A DNA stretch of 20,000 nt, from positions 161,177 to 181,176 of the forward strand of contig JBNGIO010006246.1 of the NCBI GenBank assembly GCA_049999805.1, given 5' to 3'. The notes below the pieces were generated by a model. It was not told the origin of the DNA and made no database searches. It was given only the letters and a program-made list of their open reading frames with translations. The position numbers and the translations under genes are program-made. This DNA is from Folioceros fuciformis. Its lineage: Eukaryota. This document shows, piece by piece, positions 1 through 9,837 of the stretch (positions within the stretch are counted from its first letter, which is position 1; each line of letters starts with the position of its first letter).

Positions 1-93
1 ACTAGTTGCGGGTTCTCTTTGGGGAACCTATTAAACCAGTCCATGCTGAAGGTTGATTTCATACCTATAAATTGAATTTCACGGTACCATATG

Positions 94-150
94 GTCCTTT
101 ACTCGCAACAAAGGTAGTATGTCGTCCTTTACTCACAACGAAGGTAGCAT
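94..150. repeat. Short 30-bp-period direct duplication
   Basis: gtcctttactcgcaacaaaggtagtat (94-120) and gtcctttactcacaacgaaggtagcat (124-150). Confidence 0.75.
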
Positions 151-389
151 ATGGTTGTTGACGTGCTTACCAAAGCCTTTACAACAACCAAACATCAACA
201 ATATTTAGTTTCAATGAGAAAACCTATCTACCCTAAAGAGAGAGATGAATCATGATAAAGGCTAACCCCTTAAGCCTAATGACTATCAATAGCACCTAAA
301 ATGCAGTAGTTTAGAAGAAGAAAGGGTCTACCTCTAGAATTGTTGATGGCACCTCTCTTACTAATGTTGTAGTCCTATATATGACATTA

Positions 390-687
390 GCCAATGCTCG
401 CTATAAAGCAATGAAAACCCTATGTCGAAAGAACACTGCAATACACCTACTACTTTTGAAACATTGTATAGTAATAGCCATGTTGTAGTAAGAATGTGTC
501 AGGGGTAGCACCACAAAACAAGTGTGAGTATTTTGATATCGCTAATATGTACATGCATGATAAGCCTAATGTGCAATGTAAGGCACATGTAGATGTGAAT
601 AGGAAGGGCCTTGTCGAAGCCAAGTTTAGTATTGAGGCTAACACAAATATCACCATGCTAAAACAAGTTGAGACATTATGCCCTTAA
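390..687 (+). mobile_element. Possible decayed Myb/SANT(trihelix)-like accessory ORF of a PIF/Harbinger element
   Basis: Fragments 'NARYKAMK' and 'CEYFDIANMYMHDKPNV' resemble the end of Myb/SANT-like domains (CxYFDxLDxxLxDRP-type). It lies convergent to the Harbinger transposase remnant. Weak, by-eye similarity. Confidence 0.3.
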
Positions 688-1264
688 TTTTAACTAAATA
701 GAATTCTTTATGGAAATTCTCTATTTAGTAGTTGTCATGGATGAAGTTATAGTTGATTTACATAAAACTCCTATAGTCTATAGATTCTGACCTTTAAATA
801 AAAGCATTCATTACACAAAAGTCTTCACTTAATACTTGTACTAGAAGAAGTATAAGAAGCGTCCGGACTCTTCTTTGTTACTCACCTACCCATCCATACG
901 GAGATGGAGACAGAGAGGTAACACACCTCAACATTGAGATGGACCGCATAGGGCACCATAATTCTAGATATAGTTAATGATATTGAGGCAAAAAAATTGG
1001 CTTTTAGAGAAAGCATGACATAAACCATGTGTTCTATTGCAATAATTTTGCAAAGCTTCTTAACATCAAAAGAAAAAGACAAATTGAGGTTCAAGAGTTT
1101 GATTCTAATGAATCATACTCTTTTAGAAATGCTTGTGAAACTATACCTTTTCGATGTGGCTCATATACGGCACTACTTAAAGCAACAACCTTTGGATGTC
1201 CTTTCTTGTAGCTTAGCAATCTTAGCTCTCAGATCAATCCGCACTTTGTCAAAAGTTAATTTTT

Positions 1265-1498
1265 TGCACCATGCACAAGAAACGTAGAGACTATGAAAGA
1301 CATATTTTAAAGAGCCATGTCACACCACTTCAAAAGAATCCTAAACTTGCACTTCAGCATTCCAAAGTCCCTTTCAACACACATCCTATTATTAGATTAC
1401 ACAAAATTATAATGCTAGCTTTGTTGAAAACCCATTTTACTTCCATGAAAGGGAGTGAACATATATACCCTTTGCCAATACCTTGCATTTGTAAGTAA
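1265..1498 (-). mobile_element. PIF/Harbinger DDE transposase remnant (DDE_Tnp_4-like, C-terminal catalytic part), with in-frame stops
   Basis: Single minus frame reads LLTNARYWQRVYMFTPFHGSKMGFQQS*HYNFV*SNNRMCVERDFGMLKCKFRILLKWCDMAL*NMSFIVSTFLVH. This matches the Harbinger signature YLxxDxxYxxxxxLxTPF...FN...S..R..VERAFG.LK.RF.IL...IVxACxVLH. Not in the ORF track because of three stops. Confidence 0.8.
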
Positions 1499-1740
1499 AG
1501 CATACTATCTAAGAACATCCTGCTCATACAATGATAATCAAACAATCACCTCTAGCCAACCTACATAATACCATTTCTACACTCCACCCCAACCCTCCGT
1601 CAATCCCTAGTCCAACCCTGTAGATCACTACATCTTGTTGTTGGTATTCTTGAATAGAAAGGAAACTTCAAGTCCTTGGTGGACACCAAGCTACTTGGTA
1701 TGAATAGCCAGCTCGCTATGCACTTTCCTCCTCCAGCTCT

Positions 1741-4700
1741 ATGTCTGGCGTCACAAGGATTGAGTTGAACATCGGCAAGCGTGGGGAGCCGGGCCTGCCG
1801 CACGCCCTGTACCAAGTGCTGGGCAGCAACCATTGTATCCAGACGCTGGTCACCAGCCCATTCGCTGTCATCCACTGCCTCCAAGGCTTGCGCCACCCAG
1901 ACTGCACCCTCTCCGTACTTGACTTCAATGTGCTCCCATCGTATTATTCTGCTGATGAGGCCCATGTCAGTGAGTGTTGGCTGCGCCTTGCCCAACTGCT
2001 CCCTGGCTGGAAATCATTGCGTGCCCTGCGCTTGCCTGCCAAAGTCAACGCTTCTTGCAAGAAAGAGCTCATCAGAGCTTTGGAGGGCAACTCTTCTCTG
2101 ACCAAGCTTGCCATTCGCGACTGGTCCGACGATCTCGACGATAGTCTCTTCAGAGACTTGATGCACTCCCTCCAACTCAACACCACGTTACGGGAGATCA
2201 ACGTCAAGGGCACGAGATGGGAGAGGGAGGGAAAGGCCGCCATTATCAAAACGACCTTGGCACGCAATGTTACGCAAAGTGCATACAGGCCCTTGTTTCT
2301 GGATGGGCAAGTGCCCGTGAAGCCCAGGGCCGGGCGCCTCTTCCTGTGCGGTGCGCCCTTCGCAGGCAAGGCCACTGTCCGCACCTCCTTGATCCGCGCA
2401 TGGAGACAGGAAGGCGCATCAAAGACCAAGCGCATGCAGGATGCACTGTCTCGTACTCAGCGATCATGGAAGTCTTGGGGCACTGACACCAGGACGGAAG
2501 GCATTGAAATCGAGGTGCTGCGAATGACGATCATATGCAAGTCATCATCTGGGATCTGGCTGGACAAGCTCACTACCGGGCTCTGCAAGACTACCTCTTT
2601 CCGACCTACAACCAAGCATGTGTCTTCGTCTTGGCCTTCAGCCCTTTTGATTCCCAAAGGCCTCATCAACTCCCACGGCAGGAGATGGTGCAGGACAAAT
2701 TCAAAACGAGCTTGGCGTTCTGGCTCCGTTTCATCAACTCAAATTCTCGCAATGTGGGCTCAGCGTTACCCCAAATGCTTGTGGTGGCAACTCATGTGGA
2801 TCAGATGGAGGCTTCTCAAGCTCGTGCATTACCGGATATCCTGCAACCCATTCTGACACAGTTGGCCGCCGAGTTTAAGCATATTGTCACAATGCAGACA
2901 ACAACACTCTTCTGCATGGACGCTCGATCTCCCAAGAGTGTGAAGCCTTTGCTGCACGCAGTCATGCAATCGTTTCGAGATTCATTTGAATCTGAACTCT
3001 TCTGGGTACCCGAGCTCTGCAACCGATTGAGTGCTGCCTTGACTGCCTGGGTATCTCAACATCCAGCTCAACCTCTTGTGAGGAAACGGCACCTTCAAAC
3101 ACTGTTTGACGAGGAGCTACGGCGTTTCCACAAAGCTGGTGGAGTTCCAGAGAAGGGGGTTCCACTGGAAGCCATTCTCGCCTATTTGAACGATGTAGGT
3201 AGCATCATCTGTTTTCAAGGCACAGAAATGGTGGTCATCAGTCCACACTGGATCAGTCATGGTTTTCTAGGGCAACTCATTCAGCTTCTTCGCAGACCAG
3301 ATCGGGCGTCCACGAGTAGTTTGACACAAACGTCAGATGGATTTGTTGCCAGAAGTCACCTCCATTCCACCTTGGACAAGATCGTCAAAGGCACGCTCAC
3401 GGAGGGGGTCGAACGGGAAGATCTGTTATCATTGATGACTACTCTCAACTTATGCTACGAGGAAGATTCGACTCGACGTGTCGGATTCTTTGTTCCCCTC
3501 ACCCTGAACTAAGGTGATGGTAAAACCCTTGATGGGAGACGACAGTTGACCTGGAAAGCTGATGATAAGGCCAGCATTTACAACTACCTCGGAAGAAGGT
3601 TGCAGTGCCGCGACACGACCAAGACGTTTCTTGGTCCAGGCTGTTTCCCGAGATTCCAAGTACGATAACCAACAACATATCAGAATTGGACTTTGTTTGA
3701 TGGGTGGATGGGTGGCTCTGTGTGTCTTCAACCTGTTTCATGACGTTGTGGAGGTTTGCGCATTGCAGGTCTGCCTTCGGAAGCACTTGTTTGCCGGAAG
3801 CCATGCCTTGTCACTTCATCAATCTGATCAATATCGTATCGAACGCAACCTCATTGAGATCGTGTGCGATGGTATGGTTGTGTTCCTGGAAAGCAGTGGG
3901 GATATTGGAGAGGACACCGGAGACATCGGAGATCATGTTGATATTCTGGTGAGGTCACTCAAGAGCAAAGATCAAACTTTCGAGCTTCTCAAAGAACATG
4001 TGATGGCAAAGTTGAGAGCATTTTGCTCTTCCCCTGAAGGCAGTCCGGGTGTCGAGCTTGTGGAAGGCATTATCAGGACCGAGTGCGTCGAAAACCTCAC
4101 GCCCTGTATCTATCGGCAGGACCAGTCAGTGCGAACGCAGACGTTGCTTGAGTGTGTTCTTGCAGATCCTGAAGATCCACCGGGGCAGATTTTCTCGTCG
4201 TTGGACCCAGCGGACTTCAGATGGCCGTGGCCAGCATGTCCAGGAGCCGGTTTGGAGGGAGCCTTCGAGGGAGCTAAAGAGCTCTTAACTGATGGTGAAA
4301 TGTTGAATGTCTTGCGCAAGCAACGAACAGGTCTCCTTCAAACCGTCTCCAACATCTATGCAGCTGCAGAGAATGAGATGCGCGCACGACAAGACGCCCA
4401 CCTACCAGTTCAAACTTCTGGGAATTTCCGACGTACGGTATTCGTCCCTGCAACAAGTCACTTGGAGACGTGGTTGGAAGCCATGATTAGAGATTTGAAC
4501 GATCCGGTGGAAGCAATGGGAGTTCAGCGAAATGAGTTCAGCGATATGAAGACCAAGCTGGAAGAGGCTCTACAACGTTTAGTTTCCAAGATGGATGAGA
4601 TTATGAATTTCTCAGCAGAGTTAGAGAGCAGTCAGATACCCGGACGTCCCTACTTCACGACAGCAGACGTGGGTCAAGTACAGAAACTTATTGCACATGT

Positions 4701-5208
4701 GCGTCTGGGCAAAGCGGCTAAGCTCCACTTCATGTGCGAAAACATCTCTGGGAATCATGTCGTGAAGGGCCAAACTGGATTTGAGCTGACTTTGGAAGAT
4801 GCGAAGTGGAGCTGGATCAGGCCCTTAGCGATCAACGGTGCAAAGGTATTGTCCTTCCTGACCAAGGCTGGCCTACACGTGGCGGCCGGCGTTGGGAATA
4901 TGGTTCCATATCCTTTTGGCAGCTTGGGTGAAGCGGTTTCTGTCGCTGCGAGTTTTGGGAACGCAGCCCTATCCGATTCGAATCTGGACCTGACAAGACC
5001 AGCTGTGAGCCCAACCACTTCTCTGAAAGAGGCATGGATTATTCTGAAGAATATGTTGCAGCCGTTGTTGAGGGATCACGTGGCCGACAAATTCCAATTG
5101 CACAAGGTGCACTATAGGAAGAAGCCTCACGGAGAACGAGCGGTGGCATGGGTTCGCGAACGGTGTATGCGGACGGGAATCAAGAGACAAGTCTACCAGC
5201 CGCTTTAG
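1741..5208 (+). pseudogene. TORNADO1-like LRR-ROC-COR (Roco GTPase) gene, ~1120 codons; 1-bp frameshift near 2523, in-frame TAA at 3510-3512, intron 3660-3768
   Basis: RI-type LRRs (ALEGNSSLTKLAI, SLQLNTTLREINV). ROC motifs: G1 RLFLCGAPFAGKA, G2 TRTEGIEI, G3 IWDLAGQ, G4 VVATHVD. COR-like segment follows. Reading through the stop gives the TRN1-family motif YLGRRLQC..TFLGPGCFPRFQ|V across a phase-0 GT-AG intron. TRN1-type C-terminus LHFMCE..HVVKGQ.G...AGVGNMVP...VAWV. Confidence 0.85.
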
Positions 5209-5680
5209 CGTCGACGGGAGTAACTACGACGTGGTGAGCTGAAGCCTCACGTCGGCATCTGCAGGATGGATCGAGGAGTCATCTGGAGCATCATGTGATC
5301 GGATAGGGCGAGGTAGACAGGCACATGTAGAGCCAATCCTGCAGTGTTTTGCATTGTTGTTTGCGAACGCTCACCTTTTATGAATTCGTCATTTGTGGAT
5401 TCGTCTCAGTTAGTTGTAGGATAAGGAGCTCCGTATTTTAGTTGTACATCCTTCCGCCACCGGCGCCATCCTTTCGTGGTATTGGCCTCGTAGATCGTTG
5501 GAATGAAAACGTGTTTGATGTGCAGAGCAAGCACATGCCTGCAAATTCACAGGTTTGAAAGTGGGGTGCTAGCAGCGCTACCATCAATATTTAGAAAAGG
5601 TTGAGGCTGGACCAGATACGTAGGAAGCAAGTGTCTTACCTGCAGGCCCACTTCCACCAGTGGCTGACATCTAACATGCG

Positions 5681-6795
5681 ATGCAAATCTCATTTCCTAC
5701 GACGGCTGCTGCCCCGCGAGTGTCCAGGCTGGATACGAAAGAAGCAACGAGGAAAGCCTGTGTCTGTGCCAAAAGACCACGATTGTGCTCAACAGTGCAG
5801 CAAGAATGGGAGGGGACATTTCTGGTGCATGTTGCTATGCCGTCAGCTCCAATCAACCCAAGCCGGCCGGCTTCTGGGAGTTGTGGAGACATTGAGCAGC
5901 TCTGCTCCACCTGCGGGCTATGCAGATGCCTGCCCTTCTGTACGGCACCTGCGGTTCCATATGCCTTCGGAAGGCAAGCGAAAGTAACAAACATGGTTGC
6001 CCATTACAGGGGTGTGGTCGTTCATTGTATGCACCTGGGCATCCTGGCATCGTCTGTCAATCTGTCTTACAGCTGCACCATGAGATGCGTAGGTCAGGAT
6101 GAAGGCGAATGGTCACGTCTTCGTTGCTGCGCTTCAAGCTTGCGCATTTGCCGCCAACTTGGAATCTGGCACAAAGGTGCACTGTGGCATTCCCACTGAC
6201 TCGTTTGTTGGAAACTGCGTTGTGGACATGTATGCAAAATGTGGCCAAATGAAAGATGCACACCAGGTTTTCGTCAGCATGGCCAAAAAGGACGTGGTGG
6301 CATAGACTTCCCTTAATCTATATCTGGGTATGTAAAATGTGGTGAATTGGAAGACGCACACAAGCATGAGCACAGAAGATGTGGTGACATGAACTGCCCT
6401 CATCTGGGTATGTACAGAGGCGCTTCTTGTATATGTACAAATCGATGAAGATGGCCTGATTTTGGCTGACCGTTTTACTTCTGCTTGCCTTCTGAGGCCT
6501 GTGGGAGTACTGGTGCCTTACGCAAGGGCAAACAGCTGCACTCACAGATTGTGGGAAAAGGACTGGTCGATGATGTAGGGTTGGGCAACCGCCTGGTGGA
6601 AATGTATGCAAAATGTGGTGAGCTGGAAGATGCACGCCAGGTTTTCGACAGCATGAACAGAAAAAATGTGGTGACGTGCACACCCTCATAACTGGGTATG
6701 CAACATGTAGTGAACTGGAAGATGCACGTCAGGTTTTTAAAAGCATGGACGCAAAGAACGTCGTGACTTGGAATGCCCTGATTGCCGGGTATGTA
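5681..6795 (+). pseudogene. PLS-class pentatricopeptide repeat (PPR) pseudogene, truncated
   Basis: L motifs (HVFVAALQACAFAANLESGTKVH; ACGSTGALRKGKQLHSQIVGKG) and S/SS motifs (DSFVGNCVVDMYAKCGQMKDAHQVFVSM; GNRLVEMYAKCGELEDARQVFDSMNRKNVVT; KNVVTWNALIAGYV). Several frameshifts and Trp->stop changes. No E/DYW domain in the window. The 5' limit is approximate. Confidence 0.9.
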
Positions 6796-7820
6796 ACTGA
6801 TTTCCAAGTCAAAATCAACTAAATACTTGTCCCATCTTCGTTGGCGGGGAATCAAGTAAGGCTGGGAGAAGAAATGATGCAACGAGTGGCAGTTTGTGTG
6901 GCCCACCACCTTTTGCTTGAAACAATAAGGTCTGCAGACCTTCGATGCATGGGTTGTAGCTAGCATTTATCTATGTTGTGTACGGCATTATTTATCTGGG
7001 CACCCTGTAATGTTCTTGCAGAACTCATAAGCTATTGCCCTATCCTGATGTGATAGGACGGCCCCTATTGCATAATTTGATGAATCTGTATGCAATATGT
7101 AGAGTAACTGGGGGTCTGCTACTACGAGGACTGATGCTTTACTGAGGCCTGTTCTGAGAGTGTTGAAGGCTGCCACTGCCTCTGGGCCCAGTTGTTGTAA
7201 TTGTCTCAGCGCATTCGTAAGGGAGACAACAATCTTGCTGAACCCTTGTCTGAAGCAGCAGTAGAACCCTACCATGCTCAAGAATTCACGAAGATAGGTG
7301 ATATCTCATGGCTCTAGAATCCATGAACCTAAGTGATATCTTGTGGCTCAAGGATCCATAAACCTAGGTGATATCCGGTGGCATCGGTCACTCCACTAAC
7401 GCTTTTACATTCCGAGAGTGGGCAGCCCCCCTAATGTCTAAAGCATTGATGACATGCCCAATGTACTCGCATTTCTGACCTCATAAAGAGGTACTTACTG
7501 CATTTTGCTAGCAGTTTATTTTCTCAGTTTATTTTGCTAGTACTTTTCTAACTAGTGAGTGGTGGGTTTTGGCATCCTGGATGTAAGCCAGGATGTCATC
7601 CAGCAACAAGTACTCGTACGCCAAGAGCCTCAAAATCTTCTACATCAAGCAATGGAAGGTTGCTGGTGCATTGGTGACGCCCAAATGCATGGCCAGAAAC
7701 TCTAAGAGGCCGTCTCGCATCTTGAGTGCTGTTTTGTGCTCTGACCTTCTAGAGTACTCACTACAATACTACCTTCTGATGATTAGGTCTTGACGAAGGA
7801 CCAGGAGGTGCCACCTGGTC
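6784..7820 (-). mobile_element. Ty3/gypsy LTR-retrotransposon pol fragment (RT + RNase H), degenerate
   Basis: Minus strand gives HKTALKMRDGLLEFLAMHLGVTNAPATFHCLM (RT), LLDDILAY (YLDD box), YIGHVI, FLSMVGFY..FSKI, LHTDSSNYAIGAVL (RNase H) and RQRRWDKYLVDFDLEISYIPG, with stops and frameshifts. No LTRs seen. Confidence 0.9.
7276..7382. repeat. 35-bp tandem repeat, ~3 copies, inside the gypsy pol fragment
   Basis: gtgatatc recurs at 7298, 7333 and 7368. Unit is approximately gctcaaggatccatgaacctaggtgatatcttgtg. Confidence 0.85.
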
Positions 7821-7981
7821 CTTTCTTTGAGCCTCCAGGGAACCTGAGTTCTCTGCTCCTTATTTGTTGTCTTCCCCTCCCCACACCGGAACTTCTCCCC
7901 TCCGCCCAGCCTCCCCTCCCTTCCCTCGCCTCGCTGCATCTAACGTTCGCTGACACATTCAGCCTGATCCTAGAGAGTTTT

Positions 7982-9542
7982 CTAGTAATACTCGGCCCCG
8001 TCCCACGATTTTCTGATGAGGGGAACGCCATCTTCTCGCCAGAAAATGCGGTCTTCGCAAAGCGCCGCCACAACCGCAACATACAGTTTGTGTTCCTGCA
8101 GGAAGTATTTAACACCGATATCAGTGCTGAGATATACATAGAACCATGCCGAAAAGCTTGGGAGGAGAACAGTACCTCTTTCAGCACTCTCGCAGCCAAG
8201 TCATGGGGCGTGTCATCCGGTAACACTCGCACAGTTCGTTGTGCCAGGATTGGCCCAGTGTCGTACTCCTCGTCGATGAAGTGAACGGTTGCACCTGAAA
8301 ACCTGGATATGCAGAACAAAGAGAACTAATCAAAGATGTGAGCAGTTGCTGAGGAAGCCACAACAACTCAAGAATTCGAACAAAGAGTACACGGCGTGGG
8401 GCAGAGGATTGGCTCAGACACTTTTTTTTTCATCATCCACCAGATGTCAGGCAAACTGTGAAATAGAAACAAGTCATCACAGCCAATCCTTTTCCTGCTG
8501 CACTGACTGCAAAATCGCAGAGACGTCAGAGAAATAGGATGCTGTGGGGAACACACCGAGCACCAGACTTGATAACCGCTTCATGTACTTTCATTCCGTA
8601 AAAGCCCTTCCCACCAAAAGCAGGTAGAAGCGCAGGATGGATGTTCAGTATAGACCGTGGATACGCTTGCACAAGCTCAGGAGGTAACATCCTGAGGTAC
8701 CCGGCAAGTAATATATAGTCCACACCACACGCCCTGCAGAACCAACTCTAGGGTTACTGTTTGGTCCTTGATAGAAGATCACAGCTACAGGCCCCATACG
8801 TGCTCATTCGGTTCCTGCTCAAGGAACATGAATTGAATTTAGCAGTAGAGCGTGTACAGAATGAAAAAAACGATAGACTTCCAAAGACCCACAACCAAGC
8901 AGGGCGTAAAGAAAATTAAATTTGTCACAGCTCTCCTACAGCACGACTCTGTTACAGCAAGGCAGAATCACCTCAATCTTTCCATCAGCTCACTCGACGA
9001 AATGCCATCCAAAGCGTTCTTTCCTTTAGGATACGCCAACAAGGGAATGCCGTGCTCTCTAGCATACTCACACGCTTTGCACCCTGCAAGACTCAAACAA
9101 GTCAACCATCTGCACACTCCGACAACACGGCCCCACCGGCGAACAAGCGTTACAACGATTATAGAGACGCACCTGGTCTGTCAGACACCACAAGATCCAC
9201 CTGCCCATATATCTCGTTCCTCAAAGTAGCTTCGTGCAAAGCCCGAAAATTGGAGCCACCTCCGGACACGAACACTGCCAGCTTAGATCTGAAGAAGCCG
9301 CTACCACCCACCTCTTCCTTCCCTCCCACCGTCTGAGCCCCAGTCTCCAACTTCTCACACAAAACCGGCCAAGGGGTCGCTTTCCTTCTCTCCAGCCCCC
9401 CTGAGCGCAGCGCACAACCAGAAAACACCCTCCGCCCAGCTGAACCCAAGGAAACCCGCTGTCCAGTAGCAAAACGTCTCTCGTCGTTCCACACACCAGC
9501 CCCTAGCCGCACACTGCCGGCACCAGCTCTAATACACTGCAT
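7982..9542 (-). CDS. PUR3: Phosphoribosylglycinamide formyltransferase (GAR transformylase, PurN), plastid-targeted; exons 9542-9173, 9083-8972, 8733-8557, 8302-8176, 8095-7982
   Basis: Transit-peptide-like N-terminus, then KLAVFVSGGGSNFRALH, VDYILLAGYL, ILNIHPALLPAFGGKGFYGMKVH, SGATVHFIDEEYDTGPILAQ and EHKLY..LCEDRIFWREDGVPLI. All four introns are GT-AG with consistent phases. Confidence 0.96.
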
Positions 9543-9837
9543 GACTGCCGAGCTGTGCTCTCCTCTGTTTTTTCAGCGAGGTTTGGTGGTTCCGCTGGCT
9601 CCCTTCATCTGTTGTGTCAGCTGTTCTCGGCACAGCTGACAATGGAGAAATCCTGTTAGCCCTAGACATCATGTAGACTAGGTCTACATGTGGGCAGATT
9701 CGTATTAAGAAGAGTCGTACTTCCATACCGAGCACGTTGGAAGGCGATGGTGGAGACGGGCTAGGCTAGCATTTCGTTTGTGAAAGTTTCAAACATCGAA
9801 GAAGCAGCGGCGGAACAAGAATTCTGCGAGCTGAGAC

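Noticed and set aside
3510-3512. Stop codon repaired by U-to-C RNA editing (UAA->CAA)
   Set aside because: Reverse editing is established for organellar transcripts. This is a nuclear locus with spliceosomal introns, and the gene also has a frameshift.
3562-3768. N-terminal 69 codons of the 548-aa ORF as a separate gene start
   Set aside because: They are the off-frame end of the previous exon plus intron 3660-3768. Roco homology in this frame begins at 3769 (VCLRKH).
7276-7382. CRISPR-like repeat array (also 17138-17250)
   Set aside because: Units are contiguous tandem copies without unique spacers, there are no cas genes, and the context is eukaryotic.
7790-8284. 164-aa plus-strand ORF and similar antisense ORFs (1600-1995, 1944-2435, 8852-9229, 14328-14788, 15680-15991)
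   Set aside because: Shadow ORFs opposite real exons, with no independent coding signal.
8664-8693. 12-nt match (AAGCTCAGGAGG, 8673-8684) to the 5' part of miR390, i.e. a possible target site in PUR3 mRNA
   Set aside because: The remaining positions pair poorly, and the sequence is explained by the conserved peptide LPPEL. Likely chance.
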